64,000 bases of DNA from Nostoc sp. DedSLP01 (lineage in GTDB: Bacteria; Cyanobacteriota; Cyanobacteriia; Cyanobacteriales; Nostocaceae), in NCBI GenBank assembly GCA_034530875.2, contig JAVRCJ020000026.1, forward strand, positions 32,001 to 96,000. The letters run 5' to 3'. A model generated the notes under the pieces. The model did no database searches. It saw nothing but the letters and a program-made list of their open reading frames with translations, and was not told the DNA's origin. Each line of letters opens with the position of its first letter. The first letter of the stretch is position 1. Shown piece by piece: positions 37,947 through 48,149 of the stretch. The position numbers and the translations under genes were made by a program.

Positions 37947-39260
37947 TTACAATATATTTGAGAGAATTTGGAGGGCGGTGTGGATTTGGTCGCTGTCGAT
38001 AACTAGAGGCGGACAAAAACGAATTGCGGCTTTGCCACAACCGAGTAATAATAAACCTCGTAAGAAGGATTCTTGGATAATGCGATCGCGCAATTTCTTA
38101 TCAAGATTGCCTTGTTCATCCAATAAGTCCACCGCAACCATTAAACCTTTACCTCGTGGTGGCGATATTCTAGGAAATTTGTAATGTAATTCGCTAAGTC
38201 CAGTTTGTAATAATTCTCCCATTTGGGTAGCGTTGGTCATTAAACCGCCCTCTAGGAGTTCTAGAGTGGCAATACCAGCGGCACAAGCTACGGGATTACC
38301 GCCGAATGTGGTAGCGTGAGAACCAGGAGGCCAAGTCATTAACTCTGGTCTAGCAAGTATTGCTCCTAAGGGCAGACCGCTGGCGATACCTTTGGCGGTA
38401 GTAATAATATCAGGCATGACTCCCCAATGCTCGATCGCAAATAATCTACCTGTGCGCCCCATTCCGGCTTGTACTTCATCCACCACCATTAAAATACCGT
38501 GGCGATCGCAAATTTCCCGAATCCGTTTTAAAAAGCCATCTTCTGGTACGATATACCCGCCTTCCCCTTGAATCGGTTCGACTACAATTGCTGCTACTTC
38601 TTGCGGTGGTAAAGTTGTCGTAAATAGCTGTTCTTCTAAGTAATCTAAGCTGGCATGAGTCCCATAAGGAATATGAGTTACCCCAGGAACTAAAGGGCCA
38701 AAATTGGCTCGCTGCACTACTTTGGAACCAGTCAGAGACATTGCGCCATAAGTGCGTCCGTGGAATGCGCCTAAAAATGCCACGATGAGCGATCGCTTGG
38801 TGTAATATCGAGCTAATTTAATCGCTCCTTCGTTAGACTCTGCCCCGGAATTGGTAAAAAATACTTTGGCAGGAAATCCCGCGTTATCCTGTGGCTGCGG
38901 AAACGGGGCGCGAACAGCCAATTTTTCTGCTAATTCCACCATCGGTTCGTAATAAAAATCCGTCCCCGACATGTGTAGCAAACGCGCCGACTGTTCTTGA
39001 ATTGCCTTGACGACTTCCGGGTGGGCGTGTCCCGTGGCGGTGACGGCAATACCTGCGGTCATATCGAGAAACACATTGCCGTCAACATCTTCCACCATAC
39101 AGCCCTCGCCACGAGCCACAACTAAAGGATAATCGCGGGTATAAGAAGGAGAGGTGACAGTGCGATCGCGCTGTATAATTTCTTGAGCGCGAGTTCCAGG
39201 CAAAGAAGTTATTAAGCGCGGTGTCCGAGGTAAATTTAAGTTAACAGGAATACTTAACAT
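37947..39260 (-). CDS. Class III PLP-dependent aminotransferase (acetylornithine/4-aminobutyrate/lysine-6 type)
   Basis: DVDGNVFLD, NSGAESNE, AFHGRT, VEPIQGEGGY, DEVQAGMGRTG, TAKGIASG. Confidence 0.93.
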   Translation of the reverse strand: MLSIPVNLNLPRTPRLITSLPGTRAQEIIQRDRTVTSPSYTRDYPLVVARGEGCMVEDVDGNVFLDMTAGIAVTATGHAHPEVVKAIQEQSARLLHMSGTDFYYEPMVELAEKLAVRAPFPQPQDNAGFPAKVFFTNSGAESNEGAIKLARYYTKRSLIVAFLGAFHGRTYGAMSLTGSKVVQRANFGPLVPGVTHIPYGTHASLDYLEEQLFTTTLPPQEVAAIVVEPIQGEGGYIVPEDGFLKRIREICDRHGILMVVDEVQAGMGRTGRLFAIEHWGVMPDIITTAKGIASGLPLGAILARPELMTWPPGSHATTFGGNPVACAAGIATLELLEGGLMTNATQMGELLQTGLSELHYKFPRISPPRGKGLMVAVDLLDEQGNLDKKLRDRIIQESFLRGLLLLGCGKAAIRFCPPLVIDSDQIHTALQILSNIL

Positions 39261-39482
39261 AGTTTTTTAGAATTACTAATAGTTGAGGTAATTCGTAATT
39301 CGTAATTAAAAATTCTGTTGGAGTCTGTAACCTCTACAGGTTGACTCATTATGTTTGGGTCTAAATCCCCATACATACGGTAATTAGAATTCCCATAGGG
39401 AAACTTAGAACAACAAACCAATTGAATTGCCCCTACTTAAATAAACTGCTCTGTCCCTCAATTACGAATTACGAATTACGAA

Positions 39483-40985
39483 TTACGAATTATTCCTATT
39501 GTCTATTTGGGCGCGTTGCAGACTTCCGGAAAAGTCAACATAAACGCTTTTCCATTCTGTGAATACATCTAAAGCAGTGATGCCAGCTTCGCGGTGTCCG
39601 TTGCCGGTTTGTTTGACGCCACCAAAAGGCAAGTGTACTTCTGCACCAATGGTAGGGCCGTTAATATAAGTGATACCTGCTTCGATGTCGCGCATAGCAG
39701 TAAAAGCGCGGTTGATATCGCGGGTATAAACTGAAGAAGAAAGACCGTAATTGGTATCATTGACAATGGCGATCGCTTCTTCAAAAGAACTCACCTCAAT
39801 CAATACCACCACCGGGCCGAATATCTCTTCACGGGCAACCCGCATGTTGGGAGTTACCTCATCCAAAATAGTCGGTTGAAAGAAGTAACCATTTTTTAAT
39901 TCCCCAGCAGATGCGATTTCCCCACCAATTAAAACTTTTGCTCCTTCCTCGCGGGCAATATCTAAATATTTGCTTACCTGTAGGAGTTGCTTTTCATTGA
40001 TTATCGGCCCGATATCTGTATCTGGGTCATTACCAGCACCCAAGCGTAATTTACTGGCACGCTCGTAAAGCATAGCAGTAAATTTTTCTTTAATATCGCG
40101 ATGCAAAATTAGCCGACTCGTAGCCGTACAGCGTTGACCGGTTGTGCCAAAAGCACCCCACACCGCACCATCTAAAGCCAGTTCTAAATCGGCATCTTCC
40201 ATTACCACTTGAGCGTTTTTGCCGCCCATTTCCAAACAAACGCGCTTGTGAGTGCGCCCGCAAGTCTCGCCCACAAAAGCACCGGTTTGGGAAGAACCAG
40301 TAAAGGACACCAAATCAACATCAGCATGTTCGACTAAAGCTTTTCCTACCTCTTCCCCCACACCATGCACCAGGTTAATTACTCCTGGCGGTAAACCTGC
40401 TTGTTGAAAAATTTCAATTAATTTAGTTGCACAGGCAGATGTATCTTCAGCAGGTTTGAGAATGACTGTATTACCACACACCAAGGCTGGCATAGCTTTC
40501 CAGCAAGGAATTGCCACTGGGAAATTCCAAGGGGTAATTAAGGCGCAAACACCAATGGGCATTCGTACCGTCATCGCAAATTTATTGGGCATTTCCGAGG
40601 GTGTGGTTTGCCCAAAAAGTCGCCGTCCTTCACCAGCACTATAAAAAGCGCAGTCAATACCTTCTTGCACATCTCCCCTAGCTTCTGTCAGGGGTTTACC
40701 CATTTCTCGGCTGATTAACTGGGCTAGTTCTTCTTTGTGTTCGAGTAATATTTCGCCTACACGAAAAATGTATTCTGCCCTAGCTGGGGCTGGGACTTTG
40801 CGCCAACTTTGGTAGGCTTTGCGGGCGGCGGCTACGGCTGTATCTACATCCTGGGCTTGGGAACGGGGAAATGTAGCAACGAGTTCGTTTTTGTCAGCAG
40901 GGTTACGGCTTTCAAGAATCGCTTCCCCTACAGCGGTCACCCATTGACCGTCTATGAAATTGCGGCAAGATAGCGGAGTTATCAT
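39483..40985 (-). CDS. NAD(P)-dependent aldehyde dehydrogenase
   Basis: ITPWNFP, SFTGS, LEMGGKN, catalytic GQRCTA, EEIFGPV. ATG 40985 lies 8 nt after GGAGG. Confidence 0.95.
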   Translation of the reverse strand: MITPLSCRNFIDGQWVTAVGEAILESRNPADKNELVATFPRSQAQDVDTAVAAARKAYQSWRKVPAPARAEYIFRVGEILLEHKEELAQLISREMGKPLTEARGDVQEGIDCAFYSAGEGRRLFGQTTPSEMPNKFAMTVRMPIGVCALITPWNFPVAIPCWKAMPALVCGNTVILKPAEDTSACATKLIEIFQQAGLPPGVINLVHGVGEEVGKALVEHADVDLVSFTGSSQTGAFVGETCGRTHKRVCLEMGGKNAQVVMEDADLELALDGAVWGAFGTTGQRCTATSRLILHRDIKEKFTAMLYERASKLRLGAGNDPDTDIGPIINEKQLLQVSKYLDIAREEGAKVLIGGEIASAGELKNGYFFQPTILDEVTPNMRVAREEIFGPVVVLIEVSSFEEAIAIVNDTNYGLSSSVYTRDINRAFTAMRDIEAGITYINGPTIGAEVHLPFGGVKQTGNGHREAGITALDVFTEWKSVYVDFSGSLQRAQIDNRNNS

Positions 40986-41080
40986 CACAAACACCTCCGA
41001 CTGATAATTCAGTGGATTTTGTGTACTAAGTGTGCTTGCTTTCTACGTTATCGTCAAGTCAGGAGTCAGAATTCTTCCCC

Positions 41081-41803
41081 CTAAGGTACGAACGCCAAAA
41101 CCCCCACAGGAGAACCGGAACCACCACGCAACCTCAGAATTCCAATCGCTAAAGTAGTACCTTTAGGTGGCAACCGATCCAAATTAGTCAGATTCTCTAA
41201 TACAATACGCGGTTGTTCTAATATCAAGCGGTTAGTAGCAAAGGTGGTATCTTGTCCTGGGTCTACGCCATGAGTATCAATTCCTACCCCAGCAATTTGC
41301 CGCTGCTCGAGTAAAAATTGGGTGGCATCTTTACTAAACCCTGGAAAGTGGCTAATTCCTTCTGCATCTTGATTGAAGAACGCATTTTTATCAGACCACT
41401 TTTTTTGCCAACCCGTATTCAGTATAACTACTGAACCAGCAGCAATTTCACCGTGTTGTTCTTCCCAAGCTAAAACATCAGCGATCGCCAGGGCATAATC
41501 AAAGTTAGCTTTGACGGCTTGACGAATATCTATAACTACCGCAGGTACAACTAAAGACTGGGCTGGATACTGGTCAATTCCGATACTATGACTATAAAAA
41601 CTATTAGGCGCGTTAATATGGGTGGCGCTATGTTCCCCCAAGGAAAAACGCCGCAGGTAGTAGCCATCGTTGTTCGATTCAGCTACAGTTTCAAATTCTA
41701 CTGGTGGGTCACCAGGCCATTGGGGAATATCCAAGTCAATAACATGACTTAAGTGGATAACACGCCTATAGGTGATACTCTTTTGACTTTCGGGTTGTAT
41801 CAT
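41081..41803 (-). CDS. Cyclase (kynurenine formamidase-like) family protein
   Basis: HLSH..WPGDP, EHSATHINAP, HFPG, GIDTHGVD, LENL, GSGSPV. Confidence 0.88.
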   Translation of the reverse strand: MIQPESQKSITYRRVIHLSHVIDLDIPQWPGDPPVEFETVAESNNDGYYLRRFSLGEHSATHINAPNSFYSHSIGIDQYPAQSLVVPAVVIDIRQAVKANFDYALAIADVLAWEEQHGEIAAGSVVILNTGWQKKWSDKNAFFNQDAEGISHFPGFSKDATQFLLEQRQIAGVGIDTHGVDPGQDTTFATNRLILEQPRIVLENLTNLDRLPPKGTTLAIGILRLRGGSGSPVGVLAFVP

Positions 41804-42582
41804 CCCAGCCCTCTATATTGATTGCTAAAAGATTTCTCTCACAAGTGCGATGTTTAGCCTGGATTTTGTCAGAAGATGGAGACGGAATTGTTCTGCTAAA
41901 TTCAGTTAAGTAATAATACAGTATCGCATTGCCGAGTGCGATCGCTGTAAATAATGCGCGCCTCCCTTGGAAGATCGCGTTCCGATATTATAAAAATATC
42001 TCCCTAGAGGGGGAAGAAAATTCTCAATAAATGCTCAAATTCTTTTCTAAGATGGCAAATTTACAAGCTTGCTGGTAATTTTGGCAGCAATAACAGCATA
42101 AAGAAAAGTATACACACTGAAAAACAGTTGCCAAATTAACATTGATGTGTTTTCATGGTCTGGAACTTTAACAACTATTTTTCAGCAGCGGAGCGATCGC
42201 TACTTTCATAACAGAGCCAAATTTTACGCCGAATTCATATATATTTAGCGATACAATCCAGCTTTTTAAAGAGGACAATGGCGGATCTAAAGTTCTAGAT
42301 ACTTCGGCCACTAATTTTAAAACATCGTATTAAATTGACCGATGTACAACTGTATACGCCTACACATTCATGAAAATCATTAATTATCAGGCAAAATAAT
42401 GATGATTTTCCCGGAGGCAATCTATGGAAGTATTGACAATTGAAAATGATTGTTTGTATGCCCTGTAAAGGATGCGGTCAAATTGCCAAAATTCATCAAT
42501 CTTTAATAGTATTCTCGTATATATTTTTTAAACTATGAGGTAGAGTATAAGTCTTATATCTCTACATTTTACGCAATTCTCC

Positions 42583-43131
42583 ATGTTCCGACAAACTGCT
42601 TTTGGCATCGCTTTAACTGCGCTTGTCCTAACTAGTGGATTAACAACTGTTCCGATACCGAATGATACTTCTACAAATACATCCACCCGTAATAAGCTGT
42701 TGTCGCTTTTTTCGAGTCAGGCTGCAATATCAACTCCTACTTTTAAACCTACCGAGTTAGAAAAATCTGTTTTTGACCAAATTAATCAATATCGAGCTTC
42801 TAAAGGGCTGCCAAAGTTGACTCTAAATGCAAATATCACACGGCAGGCCAGAATTCATAGTCAAAATATGGCTCGAGGTAAAACCCCATTTAGCCATCAG
42901 GGATTTGAAGGACGGGTAAACGCTATCCCTATTCGCTACAACAGCGCAGCGGAAAATGTCGCTTTCAACCGGGGATATAGCAATCCAGCGTCCGAAGCTG
43001 TTAGTGGCTGGATAAAAAGCCCCGGACATCTAAAAAATCTTAAAGGAAATTACAACCTGACTGGAATTGGCGTTGCTACTAATAGTCAAGGGGAAGTTTA
43101 CCTGACACAATTATTTTTTCGCACTAGGTAA
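42583..43131 (+). CDS. CAP/SCP domain secreted protein
   Basis: Signal peptide, INQYRASKGL, HSQNMA, AENVA, WIKSPGHLKN. Confidence 0.9.
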   Translation: MFRQTAFGIALTALVLTSGLTTVPIPNDTSTNTSTRNKLLSLFSSQAAISTPTFKPTELEKSVFDQINQYRASKGLPKLTLNANITRQARIHSQNMARGKTPFSHQGFEGRVNAIPIRYNSAAENVAFNRGYSNPASEAVSGWIKSPGHLKNLKGNYNLTGIGVATNSQGEVYLTQLFFRTR

Positions 43132-43220
43132 ATATAATTTTTGATATTTTTGCACAATAATAATCTAGTGTCTGACAAAAGTTTTGTCGGCTAGACAGTG
43201 CTCTTATTTTTGAACATTTC

Positions 43221-43850
43221 ATGACATTACAAGATTTTCAGGTGAGCGATCGCGACCTCAGTGACGCAGCCGTTGGAGAATATTTAGAATCAACGGCGAT
43301 CGCAGTAGATACGGAAACGATGGGATTATTACCACAGCGCGATCGTTTGTGTCTAGTTCAGTTATGCAATCCACAAGGAAAAGTCACTGCAATCCGCATC
43401 GCTAAAGGACAAACTGACGCCCCAAACTTAAAAAAACTTCTTTCAGCAACGAATATTGTGAAAGTTTTTCACTTTGCTCGTTTTGACCTTGCTACTTTGC
43501 GAGCCAATTTAGGGATTCACGTCCAGCCTGTTTTTTGTACCAAAATTGCTAGTAAGTTAGCCCGTACTTACACAAATCGCCACGGACTCAAAGATGTGGT
43601 GCAAGAACTAGAACAAGTAGAACTGGATAAAAGCGCACAAAGTTCGGATTGGGGTAACGCTGCCAATTTATCTGAAGCTCAATTAAGTTATGCCGCTAAT
43701 GATGTACGCTACTTACTTAGCGTCCAGCAAAAGCTCACAGAAATGCTCAAACGAGAAGAACGTTGGCAACTTGCTCAACAATGTTTTGAATTTCTGCCAA
43801 CAATAGTTTCGCTAGATTTGCTGCAATTTAAAGATTTGTTTGAACATTAA
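43221..43850 (+). CDS. rnd: Ribonuclease D-like 3'-5' exonuclease
   Basis: AVDTETMGL, RLCLVQL, FHFARFD, SSDWG, YAANDV (DEDDy motifs). Confidence 0.9.
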   Translation: MTLQDFQVSDRDLSDAAVGEYLESTAIAVDTETMGLLPQRDRLCLVQLCNPQGKVTAIRIAKGQTDAPNLKKLLSATNIVKVFHFARFDLATLRANLGIHVQPVFCTKIASKLARTYTNRHGLKDVVQELEQVELDKSAQSSDWGNAANLSEAQLSYAANDVRYLLSVQQKLTEMLKREERWQLAQQCFEFLPTIVSLDLLQFKDLFEH

Positions 43851-44035
43851 TTATTTGCCAAAAGGCAAACCAATCTAATTCGTAATTATATTAATAAATA
43901 GGCTTGAGCAACAGCCTTGTTAAGCCGATCCCATCCCGAAAATAGGATGGGATTTGACATTAATTGTTGACTGTTGACGCTTAACACTCATCATTCAACA
44001 GCCAACATTCAATCTTTTTCTAGATGATTCTTGGC

Positions 44036-44692
44036 CTAAGAACCTACATTAGAATCATCTGGATTTGCAGATGTTCTAGATTCATTAATGCCTTGCTTGA
44101 CGTCGCTAGCTTTATCTTGAATACCTTCCTTGAGATTGCTAGCTCCTTCTTGAATATTTTCCTTGAGGTTGCTAGCTCCTTCTTGAATATTTTCCTTCAG
44201 GTCGCTGGCTCCCTTTTTGAGACTTTCACCAAGACCAGGGCCTCCCTTTGGCTGATTTTCTGCATGGTTTTTGAGACGATCTACCACGTTGTAATCATCT
44301 GCACCAGCGGGAGTTTTTGATTCAATAATACCTTCGGTGGGACCGCCGATCGCCTTCCATGCGCCAAGACCACCTTTGAGTTGAGACACATGTTCAAACC
44401 CACTAGAGCGAAGTTGTTGTGCAGCTTGGGCAGTTTCTTCATCACTAGCACCGTAAACATAAATATCACGGCTTCTATCCAAAGAAGCTGTTGCACGGTC
44501 TACCAATTCATCTATTGGCATAGGCATCGCTCCCATGATGTGACCTTCATTGTAGGTTCTGCGATCGCGCACGTCCAATATTGTAAAAGCTGGTTCGCCC
44601 CATTCGAGACGAGACTTTAACGTATGAGCGTCAGATTGTGCTTCTATGGGTGGCTGTGGGGGAATGATCCCGCCTACTAAATTGTTTGTCAT
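44036..44692 (-). CDS. Rhodanese-like domain protein with C-terminal 11-aa repeats
   Basis: ILDVR, GHIMGA, LKGGLGAWK; tail of GASNLKENIQE-type repeats. Confidence 0.88.
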   Translation of the reverse strand: MTNNLVGGIIPPQPPIEAQSDAHTLKSRLEWGEPAFTILDVRDRRTYNEGHIMGAMPMPIDELVDRATASLDRSRDIYVYGASDEETAQAAQQLRSSGFEHVSQLKGGLGAWKAIGGPTEGIIESKTPAGADDYNVVDRLKNHAENQPKGGPGLGESLKKGASDLKENIQEGASNLKENIQEGASNLKEGIQDKASDVKQGINESRTSANPDDSNVGS

Positions 44693-44976
44693 AACTGTTT
44701 CCTACTGACGATATTAATAGCAATTTAACTAACAAAATATATTTAATTGCTCTTTCCCTAGTATGAATATATTAAAAGTCTCTCCTCAGATAGAGTAAGT
44801 ATTTTCAAAAATTTCTACCAATTAATAAATTGCAAATATACCAAATTAGAGCTATGGGAGAATTGATTAATTTTTATTGAGAGGAATTGATTGCTAATCA
44901 ATAATAATCCAGTATTAATTTTATACTGTGTTCGCTATTGCGATTTAGTTTTGAAAGTATTTTGAAATTTGAATTC

Positions 44977-45975
44977 TTAATCAGGATATAGCTTTTCAAT
45001 ATCGGCGATCGCTAACAATAACGTATCCTCAATCTTCTGCCGCATTCCAGGAGTTACATCAGCAGCAGTATTGAGACAATCCACGAGCAATTTATTCACA
45101 TCGTAGTATTTTTGTAGCAATTCTTTTTGTTGTCTGATAACTTTATCTGCTTTTTTTCTTGGTATCTCATCTAATCCATCTAGCAAAATCAGCAGTTTTC
45201 CATGAGCTAAAAGAGTTGTAGTTAATTCTTGTTCGACGCCGCAACTGAGAAATTATTGGCTGATATACTTAAATAAATTGAGTTCGCGATCGCTTTTGGC
45301 ATCTTCAGCAAATTCTTTTAATCTAATAAAAGTTACTATGCGATTTGGCAGAAACTCACCTTGATTACACTCAATCGCTAAATATTGCAAAAATATAGTT
45401 TTACCGCACCCTGGTTTACCCAGCACCATCAATTTTGAGTGTCGCAATACAGCTTCAATTGGTGATAATTTTTTGCCATGTTTATATCTTATCAATCGAT
45501 TAAAATTTGATTCAGATTTAAAGTCTTTTTCCAAGTCAGAAAATTCTCGCTATTGTTGATGATTTATCTCTTTTAATACATAAAAATTGGTGTAAATGTC
45601 TGCCAATTTAACTGTTTTAGAAACATCCAATATTTGTAAAAAATGACATTGATGTTGAATTTTATCTTGGCACTTTTGGCGCAATTTTCACACCAATATA
45701 TCGATATCGACATCTTTTGATTAGACTTTAGCAGTTACCTCAAATTCCAAATCTTCAGGTAAGCCAGCAACTTTTTGCCAAGATAAACCTAACTGGTGAC
45801 AAATTTGCACAGAACAAGAGCGAGACACGGATTCACCAGCAAAAAATTTGGAAACTGGTTGACGTGTAATACCTAAAACTGCTGCTAATTTATGCTGACT
45901 CCTAGTTTTGTCTGTTAAAACTCTTTTAGCTGCCCTTACACCTTCTGCGGATGCTCTTAGTCCTTGGTTTGCCAT
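44977..45975 (-). pseudogene. Decayed HTH-NACHT NTPase gene (in-frame stops plus a large internal deletion)
   Basis: Three same-frame fragments: HTH (LGITRQPVSKFF), Walker A GKPGCGKT, and Walker B LILLDGLDE joined almost directly to the C-terminal KYYDVNKLLVDCLN motif. Confidence 0.85.
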
Positions 45976-46691
45976 AGTAACTCATAATTATAACCATCCA
46001 TAAATGCAGCTAATCATCAAATATTAATTAGTACATTTTTTCTATTTGTATTAATTGATTAAGCCGCTCTTTCTATTAATTACGAATTACGTGGTACTTT
46101 GCCCTTGTCCGAGAATATTAAGCATTACTAATTTTCTGTTCGCTGCCTCAAGTTTAAACTTGTAGTATAGTATATGCTTAAGAAGACAATTACATGTATA
46201 TGCCCGTCGACTAATTCTTCCCAAGTCTTCTTCACCAGGGTGTATAGCTTGCTTACAGTACGCTAAGCAGTTAAAAATTTATAATCTAGATTGGCATACA
46301 GCTTAGTTTGTTAGCCTTTTTAGAAACTGAATGAATCAACTAGTGTGTTCCTTTACAAAGTTCTAGCGATGGCTGTTCCTTCTTGTGTGTCTTTGAGCTG
46401 TTTATGATGATGGAGATAATTTTGAATGGCACTTAATTCAGTGTATTAAGTTTAATTTTATACCATAAATTTCAAAATTATACCAAAATCATACAAGACT
46501 CATACAATTTCTAAGCATGACGATAGCTGAAGTTTTTATCGACTTCATGGAAAATTAATTGTAAACAAGTACTACAGTAGCGATCGTACTCAGCAAAGAG
46601 CCAGTGTAAATCAACTTTCAATATCAACACCTAAAGCAAAACTGGCACAACAGCCAATTGCCCAACCAACAATAGGCAGCAAAGCAGTATT

Positions 46692-47408
46692 ATGACTATC
46701 GTTACCGATACCACTCCGAAAATTCTCATAGTAGATGACGATTTCGGCGTCCGAAATCTTGTCTATCGTTTTTTAAGTCGGAAATATCAAATAGAATCAG
46801 CAGCAGACGGTAAGACTGCCTTATCGTTGTTTGAGCAATTCAACCCATCCTTGGTGATTTTGGATTGGAATTTACCGGATGTTAATGGTTATAATCTTTG
46901 CCAAGAAATGCAGAGCCGCACTAATGTTCTAGTGATGATACTCACTAGTAGAACTGACGAGGCTGATAAAATTAAAATTTTAGCCGCTGGTGCTGATGAT
47001 TTCATGACTAAACCATTTAGTCTTGCAGAAGTGGAAGTGAGAGTAGAAGCTCTTTTGAGGCGGATACGCTACATTAACCCCTCCCCAACACAACGTATCA
47101 TCTTCAAGCAGCTAGCGATCAATCCAGAAGGCAGGGAAGTAACACTTAACGATAAACCCCTAGCCTTAACAGCTCTAGAATTTAATATCTTACATTTTTT
47201 AGCAAGCCATCCTAATCAAGCTTGGAGCCGTCCACAGCTCATCCAAAAAATTTGGGGTTGTGACTACGTAGGAGATGGACGAGTGGTTGACGTACACATT
47301 GGTCAGCTTCGTAAGAAGATGGAAATCGATGCCAGTGTCCCAGAATTTATTAAAACTGTACGCGGCTACGGTTACAAGTTTGAAGTACCTGAAGAAAATA
47401 CTAATTAA
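46692..47408 (+). CDS. OmpR-family response regulator (paralog of 48848)
   Basis: REC (LIVDDD, ILDWNLPD, TKPF) plus winged helix (LTALEF, VVDVHIGQLRKK, TVRGYGYKF). Confidence 0.93.
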   Translation: MTIVTDTTPKILIVDDDFGVRNLVYRFLSRKYQIESAADGKTALSLFEQFNPSLVILDWNLPDVNGYNLCQEMQSRTNVLVMILTSRTDEADKIKILAAGADDFMTKPFSLAEVEVRVEALLRRIRYINPSPTQRIIFKQLAINPEGREVTLNDKPLALTALEFNILHFLASHPNQAWSRPQLIQKIWGCDYVGDGRVVDVHIGQLRKKMEIDASVPEFIKTVRGYGYKFEVPEENTN

Positions 47409-47522
47409 TAAGTATTGGGCATGGGGCATGGGGCATTGGTTATTCCTTCCGCTGCTTCTCCTGCCCTTCTGCTCTCCATCTTCCCTATTTCCTACTTCCC
47501 GTATTTCACAGAAAGTACGAAT

Positions 47523-48149
47523 TCAGCGTAGAAAGCTAGTAACTAACCACAATAAAATAAAAGTCAGTACTGTAGAGAACTGATTAGATCCCAAATTTAT
47601 TAATGGTATTTGTGGTAATAGCAAACTAGCAAGTACGCCCCCAGCAATTAAGCCAATTATTAAACTGACTAGAGTGAATAAAACTGCTCGACCAAATTTG
47701 CCTTCCTTGCGATTGAGAAAGTAAATACCGATACTTACCCCAACCACCAATGCTAATTGCAAAACCTGGTCGCCTCCCTCTGGGTAAAACAGACTAATAG
47801 CACTCAAACCAAGATACCAAGCTCCTGGTAAGAGTATGTCAGCAGGCGCTGGCTGGTCTAGGATTTGTTGCAGCCATACAGGTGAATTTTCGCGAGGGGT
47901 TTGAGTTTCTTTAGGAGGCGATTGTACTCGCAACTCTGGAAACCGGATACGTTCGGGAACTTTGATTTTACCTTCCTGTCGCATCCGTAAGCGATCCATT
48001 AAAATCGCATCGTAAGCTGCTTCAATCACTTCTAGGTGCTTGGCATCGCCACTATGTTGCTCGAATAGACGATTACGAGCATCCTGAATTTCATCGAAGG
48101 AAGCCTCTTCTGATACCCCAAGTTTTTCGTAGGGATTTTGATCGCTCAT
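47523..48149 (-). CDS. CPP1-like (J-like domain) membrane protein
   Basis: NPYEKLGVSEEASFDEIQDAR, IEAAYDAILMDRLRMRQEGKI, C-terminal TM helices; no HPD motif. Confidence 0.88.
   Translation of the reverse strand: MSDQNPYEKLGVSEEASFDEIQDARNRLFEQHSGDAKHLEVIEAAYDAILMDRLRMRQEGKIKVPERIRFPELRVQSPPKETQTPRENSPVWLQQILDQPAPADILLPGAWYLGLSAISLFYPEGGDQVLQLALVVGVSIGIYFLNRKEGKFGRAVLFTLVSLIIGLIAGGVLASLLLPQIPLINLGSNQFSTVLTFILLWLVTSFLR

Noticed and set aside
44024..44320. Plus-strand hydrophobic repeat ORF (LEIASSFLNIF)n
   Set aside because: Antisense reading of the 33-bp repeats in the rhodanese gene.
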